Shown: piece by piece, positions 18,683 through 27,338 of the stretch
How positions within the stretch are numbered: position 1 is the first letter of the stretch
Layout: every line of letters begins with the position of its first letter
Assembly: GCA_905181715.1 (NCBI GenBank)
Contig: CAJIYT010000001.1
Location: forward strand, 71-64,070
DNA length: 64,000 bases
DNA from: an uncultured Candidatus Poseidoniales archaeon
Lineage (GTDB): Archaea; Thermoplasmatota; Poseidoniia; Poseidoniales; Poseidoniaceae
Reading direction: 5' to 3'
Translations under genes and position numbers: made by a program
Notes under the pieces: generated by a model
What the model was told of the DNA's origin: nothing
The model's input: the letters and a program-made list of their open reading frames with translations, nothing else
Databases searched by the model: none

Positions 18683-21550
18683 ATGGAGACTTGTAGAGAT
18701 AGTAACTCTAAAGGTCAGACCCGGCTGAGTATCTTTCTGATAATGACTCTACTTTTCTCATTAATTCCATACTCTGTCGAGGTCGTAGAGGCTGAAGCAA
18801 CCATTCAACTAACCGTCAGCCCCGGTTCTCAAACCGTCGATCCGGGGGAAGCGGCTGAATATATTGTCCGAGTGTACAATCAGGGCTCTGAAGCGATAAC
18901 TGTACAACTATCTGCTGCTAATGCTGGTGATTGTACTGGTTACACTAGCCAAATTGGCCAGATCACTGGACAGGTAGACTCTGGTGATTTTGGCGAGACG
19001 ACGATGGATGTCACTTTGGCCCAAAACGCAGAAGATTCCTGCGATACTACCGTGACAGCAACTGCAAATGAGCAATCTTCCCCACCACCGCCAGCGACTG
19101 CCGATCAAACCGTAACCACTACTGCGGGTGATGGCTCTGGTAGTGCATTATTCGGCGTTGAAGTCACCGTTTCGAATCCAACGCGTGTATGGGATGGGGC
19201 TTCTGATCAGGTTCTTTGGGATGCTGAGGTAGAAAACACTGGCCAGTCAAGCGCAAATATTTCTTTGTCCGTGGAAGATAGTCAAGGGCCAGGTTGTGGA
19301 AGGGCGGATGACTTGGAAGTTAGCGTTGAACCCGATTCTCTTCAACTCGACAATGATACCAAAGAATGGGTCGAAATAACCGTAGTTGTTCCTGATGGGC
19401 AAGAAGCCGATGATTATTGCTGGGAGATAACAGCAACAGTTCAAAATGGTGGTATTGGAGATGATAACTCTGATACAGAACCATTTTCGCTAGAAGTACC
19501 CGAGATTCATTCTTGCGACTTATCTCTGGATAAAACTACTATTTTCGCTAACCCAGATCAAAGTATTTCGGTGATTGCAACTTTTTCTAATACCGGTAAT
19601 TCCGATTGGAACCTCAAAGTCGATGTAGGAGGTGCAAGAGATTCATGGGCCGACATATCTGGTGCAAGCACCGGTATTTTACCCTATGACGATGGTAGCG
19701 GTACCAAAGATTTCACAATCGTCATCACCCCTGATGATTCGATAGAAGCCAATAGCGAGACAGTTCTTACTATCGAGGGTAAAGATGGAGCTAATTCCAA
19801 ATGTTCAGAAACACTGAGAGTTACTGTTGGTCAATCCTTTGGAGCTGGATTATCATTAGATTCGACATATTTGGCGAATGTGGACCCGGGTTCAAATACT
19901 TCCACTGTAATCAGAGTCACCAATCAAGGCAACGGACCAGATACCTTCCGCATTACAGCTTCTTTGCCACCTGCAGGATGGGCGATTTCTCTCAGTGATT
20001 CTACTGCTTCAATGGATTCACGGCATAACAGTGGTTCTAGCGAGATAGAGATCCAAATTTCATTACCCGAGGATGCACTTGCTACAGATACTGTTACAAT
20101 CACAATAACCGTCATGCCTAATAGCGGTGGGACTGCATATGCGACTCAAGATTTGAGCATTACTGTTGCTGAATTCCATTCGATGGAAGTCTTAGCGGAA
20201 TTGCAAGTCCAAGAGGGACGGATGAATACCTCAGTTAATTTCCCAATCGAGGTGTCTAATACTGGCAATACCGATGATACATTCCGTTTCTCGGTAGTAA
20301 AGCACGAAGCCGCAAGTAAGTGGGATTATTATTTCGAAGACGAGGATGGCAATATTCTCAGCAGCAGCGTCTCCGAACATGTCATAGGGGCAGGTACCAC
20401 TGAAACAATAACTTTCGTCGTTCTAATCGGCGGCAATGTCCATTGGGACCGGGATGTACTTTCGGTACGTGTCACCAATAAGGGAGATTCGGATACATCA
20501 GACCCCGATGGCGATGGAATTTACAATAATCAGGCCGAGTACAATTTCACTGCTTACCTTTCAAATATCAATTACGGCATGGATATAAGAATTGAAGATG
20601 GGGGGTCAGATGGCCGAAATAGCATTGAACAATTACCACCGGGTGGTTCGATTAGTTATGCCGTTTGGGTGCTTAATGTAGGGGATCGGACAGCAAATGT
20701 CATCTTCGACCTTTCCGGCCTTGAAGGAACCGCCACTCGCACACTGTACTATCAAGGTGAGATTGTAACAAATGAACTCGAGGTGCCCAAGGGTTACGGG
20801 ATTTGGAATATCAACGAGAGTAAATTTATGCTCGATGAAACAGGTAGCCCTTACTTTGACTCCGATGAAGATGATTTGCAGGGTTTGATGATCGAGCATG
20901 GGCTTGTATCTGGTCACGAATCTAGACTTTTCGAATTAAAATTAGAGTTGATAATAGCTGTATCAGAAGGTTCAGAGAATGGCAATAGCGGAATACTTGA
21001 GATAGTTGCAGCAGCAGCAAAAAGCTCGAGTAATCGCTCGGGGAGGATACAGTTCACAATCACTGTTCAAACCATCCAATCGCTCGACATAACTCTTGAT
21101 GGCGAATCGAGCCGAATGGTTAATTTTGGTGGCTTAGGTAGCAAATCTACATTTGAGATTACCTTGGAAAACGATGGGAACGTAGATTCAGACATCAGGG
21201 TCTTTACCAGTGAGGGATTGCGTGGTTGGTCGATATCATTGTCTGCAAATTCTGTCTGCGAAAGTCAAGAGACTGGAGATTTGATCTGTAGTGTGGAAGT
21301 CGGGGAGACGGTCACTGTCAGAGCCACGGTTCGGCCGCCATATGATGCATCGGTATCTGATGAGTTCACGTTCACCTTTTCTGCAGAACCTGTAGATACC
21401 GGTTTGGTAGGTAGGCAAAATCTCGAATTAACAGTTGCTGGTGAGTCTGGCGATGACCTTTTCGGAAGTATTTCCAATGGGAGAAGTTTAGCAGCAATTG
21501 GGGCAATAGTCATAGTGGGATTACTATTTCTTCTACGCCGCAAGTCGTGA
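18683..21550 (+). CDS. surface protein with repeated NEW3/COG1470-like Ig-fold modules and a C-terminal TM anchor
   Basis: Signal-like LSIFLIMTLLFSLIPYSVEVVEA. Repeated pattern V.N.GN..DTF..S...P.GW (for example VIRVTNQGNGPDTFRITASLPPAGWAISL; FPIEVSNTGNTDDTFRFS; FEITLENDGNVDSDIRVFTSEGLRGWSISL). The C-terminus is AIGAIVIVGLLFLLRRKS. ATG 18683 is preferred over track start 18644. Confidence 0.8.
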   Translation: METCRDSNSKGQTRLSIFLIMTLLFSLIPYSVEVVEAEATIQLTVSPGSQTVDPGEAAEYIVRVYNQGSEAITVQLSAANAGDCTGYTSQIGQITGQVDSGDFGETTMDVTLAQNAEDSCDTTVTATANEQSSPPPPATADQTVTTTAGDGSGSALFGVEVTVSNPTRVWDGASDQVLWDAEVENTGQSSANISLSVEDSQGPGCGRADDLEVSVEPDSLQLDNDTKEWVEITVVVPDGQEADDYCWEITATVQNGGIGDDNSDTEPFSLEVPEIHSCDLSLDKTTIFANPDQSISVIATFSNTGNSDWNLKVDVGGARDSWADISGASTGILPYDDGSGTKDFTIVITPDDSIEANSETVLTIEGKDGANSKCSETLRVTVGQSFGAGLSLDSTYLANVDPGSNTSTVIRVTNQGNGPDTFRITASLPPAGWAISLSDSTASMDSRHNSGSSEIEIQISLPEDALATDTVTITITVMPNSGGTAYATQDLSITVAEFHSMEVLAELQVQEGRMNTSVNFPIEVSNTGNTDDTFRFSVVKHEAASKWDYYFEDEDGNILSSSVSEHVIGAGTTETITFVVLIGGNVHWDRDVLSVRVTNKGDSDTSDPDGDGIYNNQAEYNFTAYLSNINYGMDIRIEDGGSDGRNSIEQLPPGGSISYAVWVLNVGDRTANVIFDLSGLEGTATRTLYYQGEIVTNELEVPKGYGIWNINESKFMLDETGSPYFDSDEDDLQGLMIEHGLVSGHESRLFELKLELIIAVSEGSENGNSGILEIVAAAAKSSSNRSGRIQFTITVQTIQSLDITLDGESSRMVNFGGLGSKSTFEITLENDGNVDSDIRVFTSEGLRGWSISLSANSVCESQETGDLICSVEVGETVTVRATVRPPYDASVSDEFTFTFSAEPVDTGLVGRQNLELTVAGESGDDLFGSISNGRSLAAIGAIVIVGLLFLLRRKS

Positions 21551-21552
21551 AT

Positions 21553-21568
21553 GACCCCTAAAGGGGTC
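21553..21568 (+). terminator. palindrome GACCCCT-AA-AGGGGTC 3 nt after the stop of the 955-aa surface-protein gene
   Basis: Read directly. It shares the CCCTAA(A)GGG core with the hairpin at 14036-14052. Confidence 0.3.
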
Positions 21569-21637
21569 CACCACTCAAGGACTTACTTCACCTCTTATCT
21601 GCGACAACGCTTATGGGCGGCTGATGGCTGGATGCGA

Positions 21638-21657
21638 ATAGAGCGTGTTCGCTCTAT
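21638..21657 (+). promoter_or_regulatory. 8-bp stem / 4-nt loop hairpin just upstream of the nuoA ribosome-binding site
   Basis: ATAGAGCG-TGTT-CGCTCTAT. It ends 3 nt before GGTGA (21660-21664). Confidence 0.3.
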
Positions 21658-21669
21658 CTGGTGAGTCTG

Positions 21670-22140
21670 ATGAGCGGGGTTGAATCGGTTTCTAGCGCAT
21701 ATCTCGCTGTAGCCCTGATGACTCTTGTCGGAATCATGGTACCGCTCGGTGCCTTTGTCACTACTTGGTTCCTAAGACCTCGTACAGACCCATCCCGGCC
21801 AAACATCACTCGTTCATGGCTATTAGAAGGGTATGAGACTGACCACAGCCTCTATCCGCGCCGTCTCTCGACCTACGAATGTGGCTCGGAGCCAATAGGC
21901 GATGCAATGATTCAATTCCATTTCCAATACTATTGGTATGCAATTATTTTTCTAGTATTCGATGTTGCTTTCATGTTTTTGGCCCTCGCCGGCATCGTTG
22001 TTGACGACTCGACATCCTCTGGTTCAAAAATGAGTCTAGAACAGGCCGAATCAAAATTATTAATCGCTAGTGCATTCTTTGCGATTGTCGTTGCTGGAGT
22101 TTGGCACGTGTTCAGGAAAAGAGGCCGTATTTACATCTGA
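21670..22140 (+). CDS. nuoA: NADH-quinone oxidoreductase subunit A (ND3-like)
   Basis: The track ORF starts at GTG 21661. ATG 21670 lies 5 nt after GGTGA. Conserved loop LSTYECGSEPIGDA and three TM segments. Longer than usual, with an internal and C-terminal extension. Confidence 0.85.
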   Translation: MSGVESVSSAYLAVALMTLVGIMVPLGAFVTTWFLRPRTDPSRPNITRSWLLEGYETDHSLYPRRLSTYECGSEPIGDAMIQFHFQYYWYAIIFLVFDVAFMFLALAGIVVDDSTSSGSKMSLEQAESKLLIASAFFAIVVAGVWHVFRKRGRIYI

Positions 22141-22144
22141 GGTG
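22139..22144 (+). promoter_or_regulatory. Shine-Dalgarno GAGGTG for nuoB
   Basis: 6 nt upstream of ATG 22151. The same GAGGTG(A) element recurs before nuoD, H, I, L and N. Confidence 0.6.
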
Positions 22145-22150
22145 CTATAA

Positions 22151-22744
22151 ATGGGAGAAGAAGGCCAAAATTACACCGCATTCAACAGCCGCTCGCTCGT
22201 CGAGATGGTTGGCAACGTCACAGACGAGGCCCTTAAAGCGACAAAAATAAAGCAATTCCTCAGCGTTTTGGCAGGTCGTTTCTTCAACTGGACCGGGCGT
22301 AAATCTTTGTTCACCCTCCACCTTGGTATCAAATGCTGTGCGATTGAGATGGCAGCATCAGCAACTCCGAGATTTGACGCTGAGAGATTCGGAGTCATCT
22401 TCCGTTCTTCACCGCGACAATCAGATGTATTATTGGTCAATGGGCCCGTCACAAAGAAATTTGCAGATCCAATCGTTAGACTGTGGGAGCAAATGCCAGA
22501 GCCCAAGTATTGCATTGCCATGGGCGAGTGCGCCATATCCGGCGGGCCATATTTCCAATCATACAATATCCTCGAGGGCGTCGATACAGTAATTCCAGTC
22601 GACGTTTACATTCCTGGCTGCCCGCCTCGGCCGGAGGCATTGATAGATGGCTTCGGGAAGTTGCGAGAGAAGATTATCCGTATCGGAGGCGTTCCTTCAC
22701 AAGAGCGCAGCGACGACAAGCCAATCATTATTGGAGATGAGTGA
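22151..22744 (+). CDS. nuoB: NADH-quinone oxidoreductase subunit B (PSST, cluster N2)
   Basis: CCAIEM, SPRQSDVLLVNG, MGECAISGGPY and IPGCPPRPE supply the four Cys ligands. Confidence 0.92.
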   Translation: MGEEGQNYTAFNSRSLVEMVGNVTDEALKATKIKQFLSVLAGRFFNWTGRKSLFTLHLGIKCCAIEMAASATPRFDAERFGVIFRSSPRQSDVLLVNGPVTKKFADPIVRLWEQMPEPKYCIAMGECAISGGPYFQSYNILEGVDTVIPVDVYIPGCPPRPEALIDGFGKLREKIIRIGGVPSQERSDDKPIIIGDE

Positions 22745-22745
22745 T

Positions 22746-23420
22746 ATGGGCATGAAGATTACTTTAGAGCAAAATGCTGAGGCAGCATCGACGCGTGCTG
22801 AGGCGGTCAATTCTCGCTTTAGCGGCACTGGAATCGTCGCAGAAGTGGTCGCTCATAGCGATGGCGTGGAAGGCACCAGGGGTCGCGCTGGCTATTCCTT
22901 CATCCGGATTCAATCACCAAGTCAGCACTGGGTTGCTTTGGCTAAATGGCTGAAATATGACCAAGGTGTAAATTACTGTTCGATGATTACCGGTACTCAT
23001 TTCCCTGACGGAGACGAAGATCATGGCTGGGACGTCGTAACGCATCTGATGACAATACCAGTGCGTAATGTAGAACCAAACACCGCTGAAATCCATGTGG
23101 CAGAGGATCTCAAAGGAGCCGATATCCCAATTGAGTATGAGGTGACAATCACTCTCCCACAAGGGGATTCTCCGACAGTCCCGAGTGTTCAATCGGTTTG
23201 GGTCGGTGCGAATTGGAATGAAAAAGAAACGTGGGATTTGGTAGGGATCAGATTCTCTGACCACAAAGACATGTTCAGGGTCCTAAATCCTCACGACTCT
23301 CCAGTCGACTTCCACCCCCTGCAAAAGCAGCATCGCCTGCGCTATTCTGGATTCAATGAAATGTACGACGACCCCCAAGGTTTCGGGCGTAAACCAACCG
23401 ATGAGGGTCGGGTCAAGTGA
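22746..23420 (+). CDS. nuoC: NADH-quinone oxidoreductase subunit C (30-kDa)
   Basis: Track start 22647 lies inside nuoB. The in-frame ATG 22746 follows the nuoB stop by 1 nt. EKETWDLVGIRFSDHKDMFRVL matches the NuoC signature region. Confidence 0.85.
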   Translation: MGMKITLEQNAEAASTRAEAVNSRFSGTGIVAEVVAHSDGVEGTRGRAGYSFIRIQSPSQHWVALAKWLKYDQGVNYCSMITGTHFPDGDEDHGWDVVTHLMTIPVRNVEPNTAEIHVAEDLKGADIPIEYEVTITLPQGDSPTVPSVQSVWVGANWNEKETWDLVGIRFSDHKDMFRVLNPHDSPVDFHPLQKQHRLRYSGFNEMYDDPQGFGRKPTDEGRVK

Positions 23421-23424
23421 GGTG
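23419..23424 (+). promoter_or_regulatory. Shine-Dalgarno GAGGTG for nuoD
   Basis: Overlaps the nuoC stop, 6 nt before ATG 23431. Confidence 0.6.
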
Positions 23425-23430
23425 TGATGT

Positions 23431-24570
23431 ATGGCACAAATGTGGATTACAATGGGCCCTCAGCACCCAATGACTCACGGTCTATGGACTCTGAGAGTAA
23501 AGGTCGACGGCGAGACCGTAGTCGATGCAAAAGCCGAACTTGGCTACATTCATCGGGGCGTAGAGAAAATCTGCGAATCCCGCGACTTTTTGCAAATCAC
23601 ACCCTATTGCGACCGTCTTTGCTATGTGAGCGCAATGACCTGGGCTAATTCTTACATCTATGCAGCAGAGGACTTACTCGAAGTACAAGTTCCAGAGCGT
23701 GCCGAATATATTCGTCTGATCAGTGCCGAGTGCCAACGTATTGCAAGCCACTTGATGTGGCTTGGCGCATATGGGCCCGATGTCGGTAATCTGACAATCA
23801 TGACTTGGGCTTTGAGGGACCGTGAGATGTTCCTTGATTTATTGCAGGAATTAGGAGGCTCACGTATGCATTACAACTATCCGCGAATAGGGGGTGTAAA
23901 GCGAGATATCCCGATTGGATTCGCTGATCGTCTCAAAGCTAAGGTGGAGATGTTCGAACATCGTATCAAAGAGTATGAGATGCTTCTCGATGAGTCGACC
24001 ATCTTCCTTGTCAGATTACAAGGGGTCGGCTATACCAAAGCCGAAGAAATGGTAGAAGCGGGCGTTACCGGGCCAAATCTACGCGCTGCCGGTGTCAATT
24101 ACGACGTACGCTGGGCTCACCCATATTCGGTTTATGATGAACTAGATTGGGAACCAGCGGTCGAAAAACCAGCATCTATCAAAGGAGCAGACTGCTATGA
24201 TCGTTATCGTGCTCGAATGTTTGAGATGCGCCAGTGCTGTCGCATGATTCTAGAAGCTATCGATAAGATCCCAGGCGGAGCGAATAACCACTATGCCAAT
24301 GACGATGAAATGATAATCGCCAAATCTCCGACAAGAGCTCCTGAGGGAGCAACAGGATTCAGCAATTATGAATGCACTAGAGGATCTTCACAATTCTACA
24401 TCAAGGGCGGCGGCGAAGGAAGAGGAAAGCAACCCTATCGTCTTTCTATCCGCTCACCGATGTTCATCACGATTCCTTATATCGCAGATACGATGATTGG
24501 TTACAAGATAGCAGATATACCTGCTATCATGGGTAGTTTCGACCCCTGTATTGGAGAGACCGATAGGTGA
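23431..24570 (+). CDS. nuoD: NADH-quinone oxidoreductase subunit D (49-kDa)
   Basis: MGPQHPMTHGLWTLRVKVDGE, YCDRLCYVSAM and C-terminal FDPCIGETDR. Confidence 0.92.
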   Translation: MAQMWITMGPQHPMTHGLWTLRVKVDGETVVDAKAELGYIHRGVEKICESRDFLQITPYCDRLCYVSAMTWANSYIYAAEDLLEVQVPERAEYIRLISAECQRIASHLMWLGAYGPDVGNLTIMTWALRDREMFLDLLQELGGSRMHYNYPRIGGVKRDIPIGFADRLKAKVEMFEHRIKEYEMLLDESTIFLVRLQGVGYTKAEEMVEAGVTGPNLRAAGVNYDVRWAHPYSVYDELDWEPAVEKPASIKGADCYDRYRARMFEMRQCCRMILEAIDKIPGGANNHYANDDEMIIAKSPTRAPEGATGFSNYECTRGSSQFYIKGGGEGRGKQPYRLSIRSPMFITIPYIADTMIGYKIADIPAIMGSFDPCIGETDR

Positions 24571-24575
24571 GGTGA
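24569..24575 (+). promoter_or_regulatory. Shine-Dalgarno GAGGTGA for nuoH
   Basis: 4 nt before ATG 24580. Confidence 0.6.
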
Positions 24576-24579
24576 GCAG

Positions 24580-26082
24580 ATGGACGATGTCTTACAGGTT
24601 CGAACTTGGCTCACTACCTTGATTGGCGATGGTCTAGAAAGTGCCACCGCTGAGACCTCCCTCGCACCCCATGCAGGAGACATCACGTTCTTCCTAGTGA
24701 CACTGATCTCCTGCGTGATGTCTTTCGCCCTCATCATGCTCTCGATGTTTATGATTCTCTGGCTAGAGAGGAAAATTCTCGGCCGACTAATGGATAGACG
24801 CGGGGCAATGACCTCTCTGCGTTCTCTGTGGGTTGGAGAGAACGGCGTTACCGCTGGCGAATGGTGGAAAAAAATTCCTTTCGGCCTAGGATTTCCAGTT
24901 GGCGCTTTAGTTGGTTGGTTGAACAAAACCGCAGGTAACCGCGACCCAAAAAATCCAACTGTAGACCGAGTAAACAACCGTTCTTGGTATGGGTTGGCAA
25001 TCTTCCCCGGATTCGTTCAGAATATTGCCGATGGCATGAAATTCATGACCAAGGAACACATGGTACCAAGCCGTGCTGACAAATTGATATTTGAATTAGC
25101 ACCTTTCCTCGTAATATCCTCTACAGTTCTCATATTGGGAATGATACCACTATCAAGTGAGATATATGGCGCAAACCCCGAACTTTCAGTTCTCTTTGCT
25201 TTCGCTATTTTTGGTATTGCTCCTCTCGGTGTGTTCTTCGCCGGCTGGGCTTCCAATAACAAATATACTTTGATCGGGGGAATCCGCTCCGCTGCTCAGC
25301 TGACCGCATATGAGATCCCAATGCTGATAACTATCCTCGCAGTATGTGTATTGGCTGGTTCTTTCAACTTCTTAGAGATAGTTCACTTCCAACATTCATC
25401 TGGTTCTTGGTTCCTATTCTTGATGCCCCTAGGTGCAATTCTCTTCTTGATAGCGATGATAGCTGAGGTTGAACGCATTCCTTTCGATATGCCTGAAGCA
25501 GAGGCTGAATTGGTCGAAGGCTGGTGGACCGAGTATGGCGGAATGCGCTGGGGATTATTATTCGCAGCAGAATACATGCGCACCTATGCTGCTTGTATTC
25601 TCTTCGCTATATTCTTCATGGGTGGATGGCATGCGCCATTCGCTGGACTGATAGGTAGAACTCCATATATCGGTGGAGCGTATCTTCTGATTCCAGGAAT
25701 TGTTTGGACCTTACTCAAGGCTTGGTTGATCTTCTCCTTCGTCTTCGTTTGGGCCCGAGCAGCATTACCTCGTATCAGGACTGACCAGATTCTAGAATTT
25801 GGCTGGCGCATGTTATTGCCGCTCGCCGTGATTCAATTGGTATTAGTTGTCGTCTATCGCTTGTATCTGTTCGATGCAGGTTCGGTTCACGATACCATCG
25901 AAGGCGGTTGGGCTTGGAATCTCTTCGGGATTCCATTCGGACTACCTATTCTGATAACGTTTCTCTCTTGTATGCTCTTTTATTGGTTACTCAATGACGA
26001 AGATCCCGTCGACTCGAAAGAGCGAATGTTCCACGTGCGTACATTAGAACCTGCAGGAAAGCACGTAGCAGGTACAGACTGA
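24580..26082 (+). CDS. nuoH: NADH-quinone oxidoreductase subunit H (ND1), enlarged (500 aa)
   Basis: WLERKILGRLMDRRG ... QNIADGMKFMTKE, EAEAELVEGWWTEYGGMRWGLLFAAEYMRTY and multiple TM segments. Roughly 60 extra residues lie between the ERK and KE motifs. Confidence 0.88.
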   Translation: MDDVLQVRTWLTTLIGDGLESATAETSLAPHAGDITFFLVTLISCVMSFALIMLSMFMILWLERKILGRLMDRRGAMTSLRSLWVGENGVTAGEWWKKIPFGLGFPVGALVGWLNKTAGNRDPKNPTVDRVNNRSWYGLAIFPGFVQNIADGMKFMTKEHMVPSRADKLIFELAPFLVISSTVLILGMIPLSSEIYGANPELSVLFAFAIFGIAPLGVFFAGWASNNKYTLIGGIRSAAQLTAYEIPMLITILAVCVLAGSFNFLEIVHFQHSSGSWFLFLMPLGAILFLIAMIAEVERIPFDMPEAEAELVEGWWTEYGGMRWGLLFAAEYMRTYAACILFAIFFMGGWHAPFAGLIGRTPYIGGAYLLIPGIVWTLLKAWLIFSFVFVWARAALPRIRTDQILEFGWRMLLPLAVIQLVLVVVYRLYLFDAGSVHDTIEGGWAWNLFGIPFGLPILITFLSCMLFYWLLNDEDPVDSKERMFHVRTLEPAGKHVAGTD

Positions 26083-26087
26083 GGTGA
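26081..26087 (+). promoter_or_regulatory. Shine-Dalgarno GAGGTGA for nuoI
   Basis: 4 nt before ATG 26092. Confidence 0.6.
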
Positions 26088-26091
26088 AATT

Positions 26092-27060
26092 ATGCCAGCA
26101 CATCCACGAGCCAAACCAAATTTCAGAAACCTCTTCTGGTATCCATTCAAGATGACTATGATTACTGCATTGCGAACATTCCCGATTATTGGGAAGAGGT
26201 TTTCTTGGGGCTACCACAACAAGCTCCATCCAGAAGTTCTCGATGACGATAGTAAACACCGTGCTAAAGACGGTCGTTGGAATGATGTTTCGAAACACGA
26301 GTATACCGCTGACCGAGAGGGTAGCGACTTGGTGCCGACAATTTGGCGGCCACAAACCATTCTCTATCCCTATGAACGTCTCGAGGACATGGAGCCTTGG
26401 CTCTTTGTCCCAGGTAATTACAATGGGAGAATAGGTGTCATCTGGGAGACCTGCACCGCTTGTAAATTATGTGTCACTGTCTGCCCTAATGATTGTCTGC
26501 ATATGACAACAGAATTGCGAGTAGATGTACTCGATGATGCTAGTGGTGAATGGGAAGGTCTCGGTGCTGAACTAGAGGTTGGACGTCCAGCAGCAGTCGA
26601 GATCACCGGTGCTTCAGTAGCTGGAGACGGCTTTGACTTGGTTACCGCCCACGCAGCGCCGCCAGAACAATGGCGCTTTGGCGAAGTTCTCGATCTCAGT
26701 GGCGACTCAGCTCGTATCCGTTGGAATGATAGCGGTGAAGAGCAGATGGTCGCTACCGAATCCCTAAGGCCTGCTGACGACCAAATCGTCAGTGGCAGAA
26801 TCGATCTTGGACGTTGTATGTTCTGTGGTTTGTGTATGGAAGCGTGTAATTTCACATCTTTCTTTATGACCAATGAATATGACGGCATGTCCGGATTTAG
26901 TCGCGAGGACCTTTGGTTCGACGCTTCTCGAACTAGAGTCCTACCCGGTGTCCATCAAGAAGCAGTCGATGTTGAACTGGCTAAGAGAGCCAATAAGGAG
27001 AGGACAAAGCGTGAGAAGAAGGCTGCCAAGGCAGCCAAAGCCGTGGAGGGTAGTGCATGA
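26092..27060 (+). CDS. nuoI: NADH-quinone oxidoreductase subunit I (2x[4Fe-4S] ferredoxin), enlarged (322 aa)
   Basis: CTACKLCVTVCP (Cys121/124/127/131) and CMFCGLCMEAC (Cys242/245/248/252) are separated by about 110 aa. There is a long N-terminal extension and a Lys/Ala-rich C-terminal tail. Confidence 0.85.
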   Translation: MPAHPRAKPNFRNLFWYPFKMTMITALRTFPIIGKRFSWGYHNKLHPEVLDDDSKHRAKDGRWNDVSKHEYTADREGSDLVPTIWRPQTILYPYERLEDMEPWLFVPGNYNGRIGVIWETCTACKLCVTVCPNDCLHMTTELRVDVLDDASGEWEGLGAELEVGRPAAVEITGASVAGDGFDLVTAHAAPPEQWRFGEVLDLSGDSARIRWNDSGEEQMVATESLRPADDQIVSGRIDLGRCMFCGLCMEACNFTSFFMTNEYDGMSGFSREDLWFDASRTRVLPGVHQEAVDVELAKRANKERTKREKKAAKAAKAVEGSA

Positions 27061-27338
27061 GTTTGGACCTCGCCGCAATCACTGAGATGACAATTTTCTT
27101 TATCCTTGCCACCATCGTAATAGGTGGAGCCCTCGGATTGATTTATGCTCAAAGAGTAGCACATTCGATGATGGCCTTGATATTCTGTTTCATGGCAGTT
27201 GCCGGTATCTTCATTCTGATGAGCGCTGAGTTTGTAGCGGTTATCCAAATCCTAGTCTACCTAGCTAGCGTGATGCTAGTGGTTCTTTTCGGCATCATGT
27301 TGACCAGACGCCAGATTCTAGAGGAGGATTTTGAATGA
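27057..27338 (+). CDS. nuoJ1: NADH-quinone oxidoreductase subunit J, N-terminal part (split gene)
   Basis: ATGA overlap with nuoI. Three TM segments, with SAEFVAVIQILVYLASVMLVVLFGIML matching the conserved NuoJ core. Confidence 0.8.
   Translation: MSLDLAAITEMTIFFILATIVIGGALGLIYAQRVAHSMMALIFCFMAVAGIFILMSAEFVAVIQILVYLASVMLVVLFGIMLTRRQILEEDFE

Noticed and set aside
6400-21550. The surface-protein island as a horizontally acquired genomic island or mobile element
   Set aside because: There is no integrase, transposase, flanking tRNA or terminal direct repeat. By eye, base composition and codon style do not differ from the flanking core genes. I cannot compute this rigorously here.
22647-22745. 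N-terminal extensions suggested by the longest-ORF track coordinates (nuoC 22647, ABC ATPase 59707, epimerase 51522, nuoN 31844, rpl15e 4271, TrmH 4299, surface proteins 18644/37818/6376/8836)
   Set aside because: The extensions overlap the preceding gene or precede the signal peptide or conserved N-terminus. Internal ATGs with GAGGTG-type Shine-Dalgarno sites or conserved protein N-termini fit better.
24597-24604. tRNA T-arm-like GGTTCGAA strings (24597-24604 and 59715-59722)
   Set aside because: Both sit inside well-supported CDSs (nuoH and the ABC permease). The flanks cannot be folded into acceptor, D or anticodon stems. I recognised no tRNA or rRNA gene anywhere in the window.
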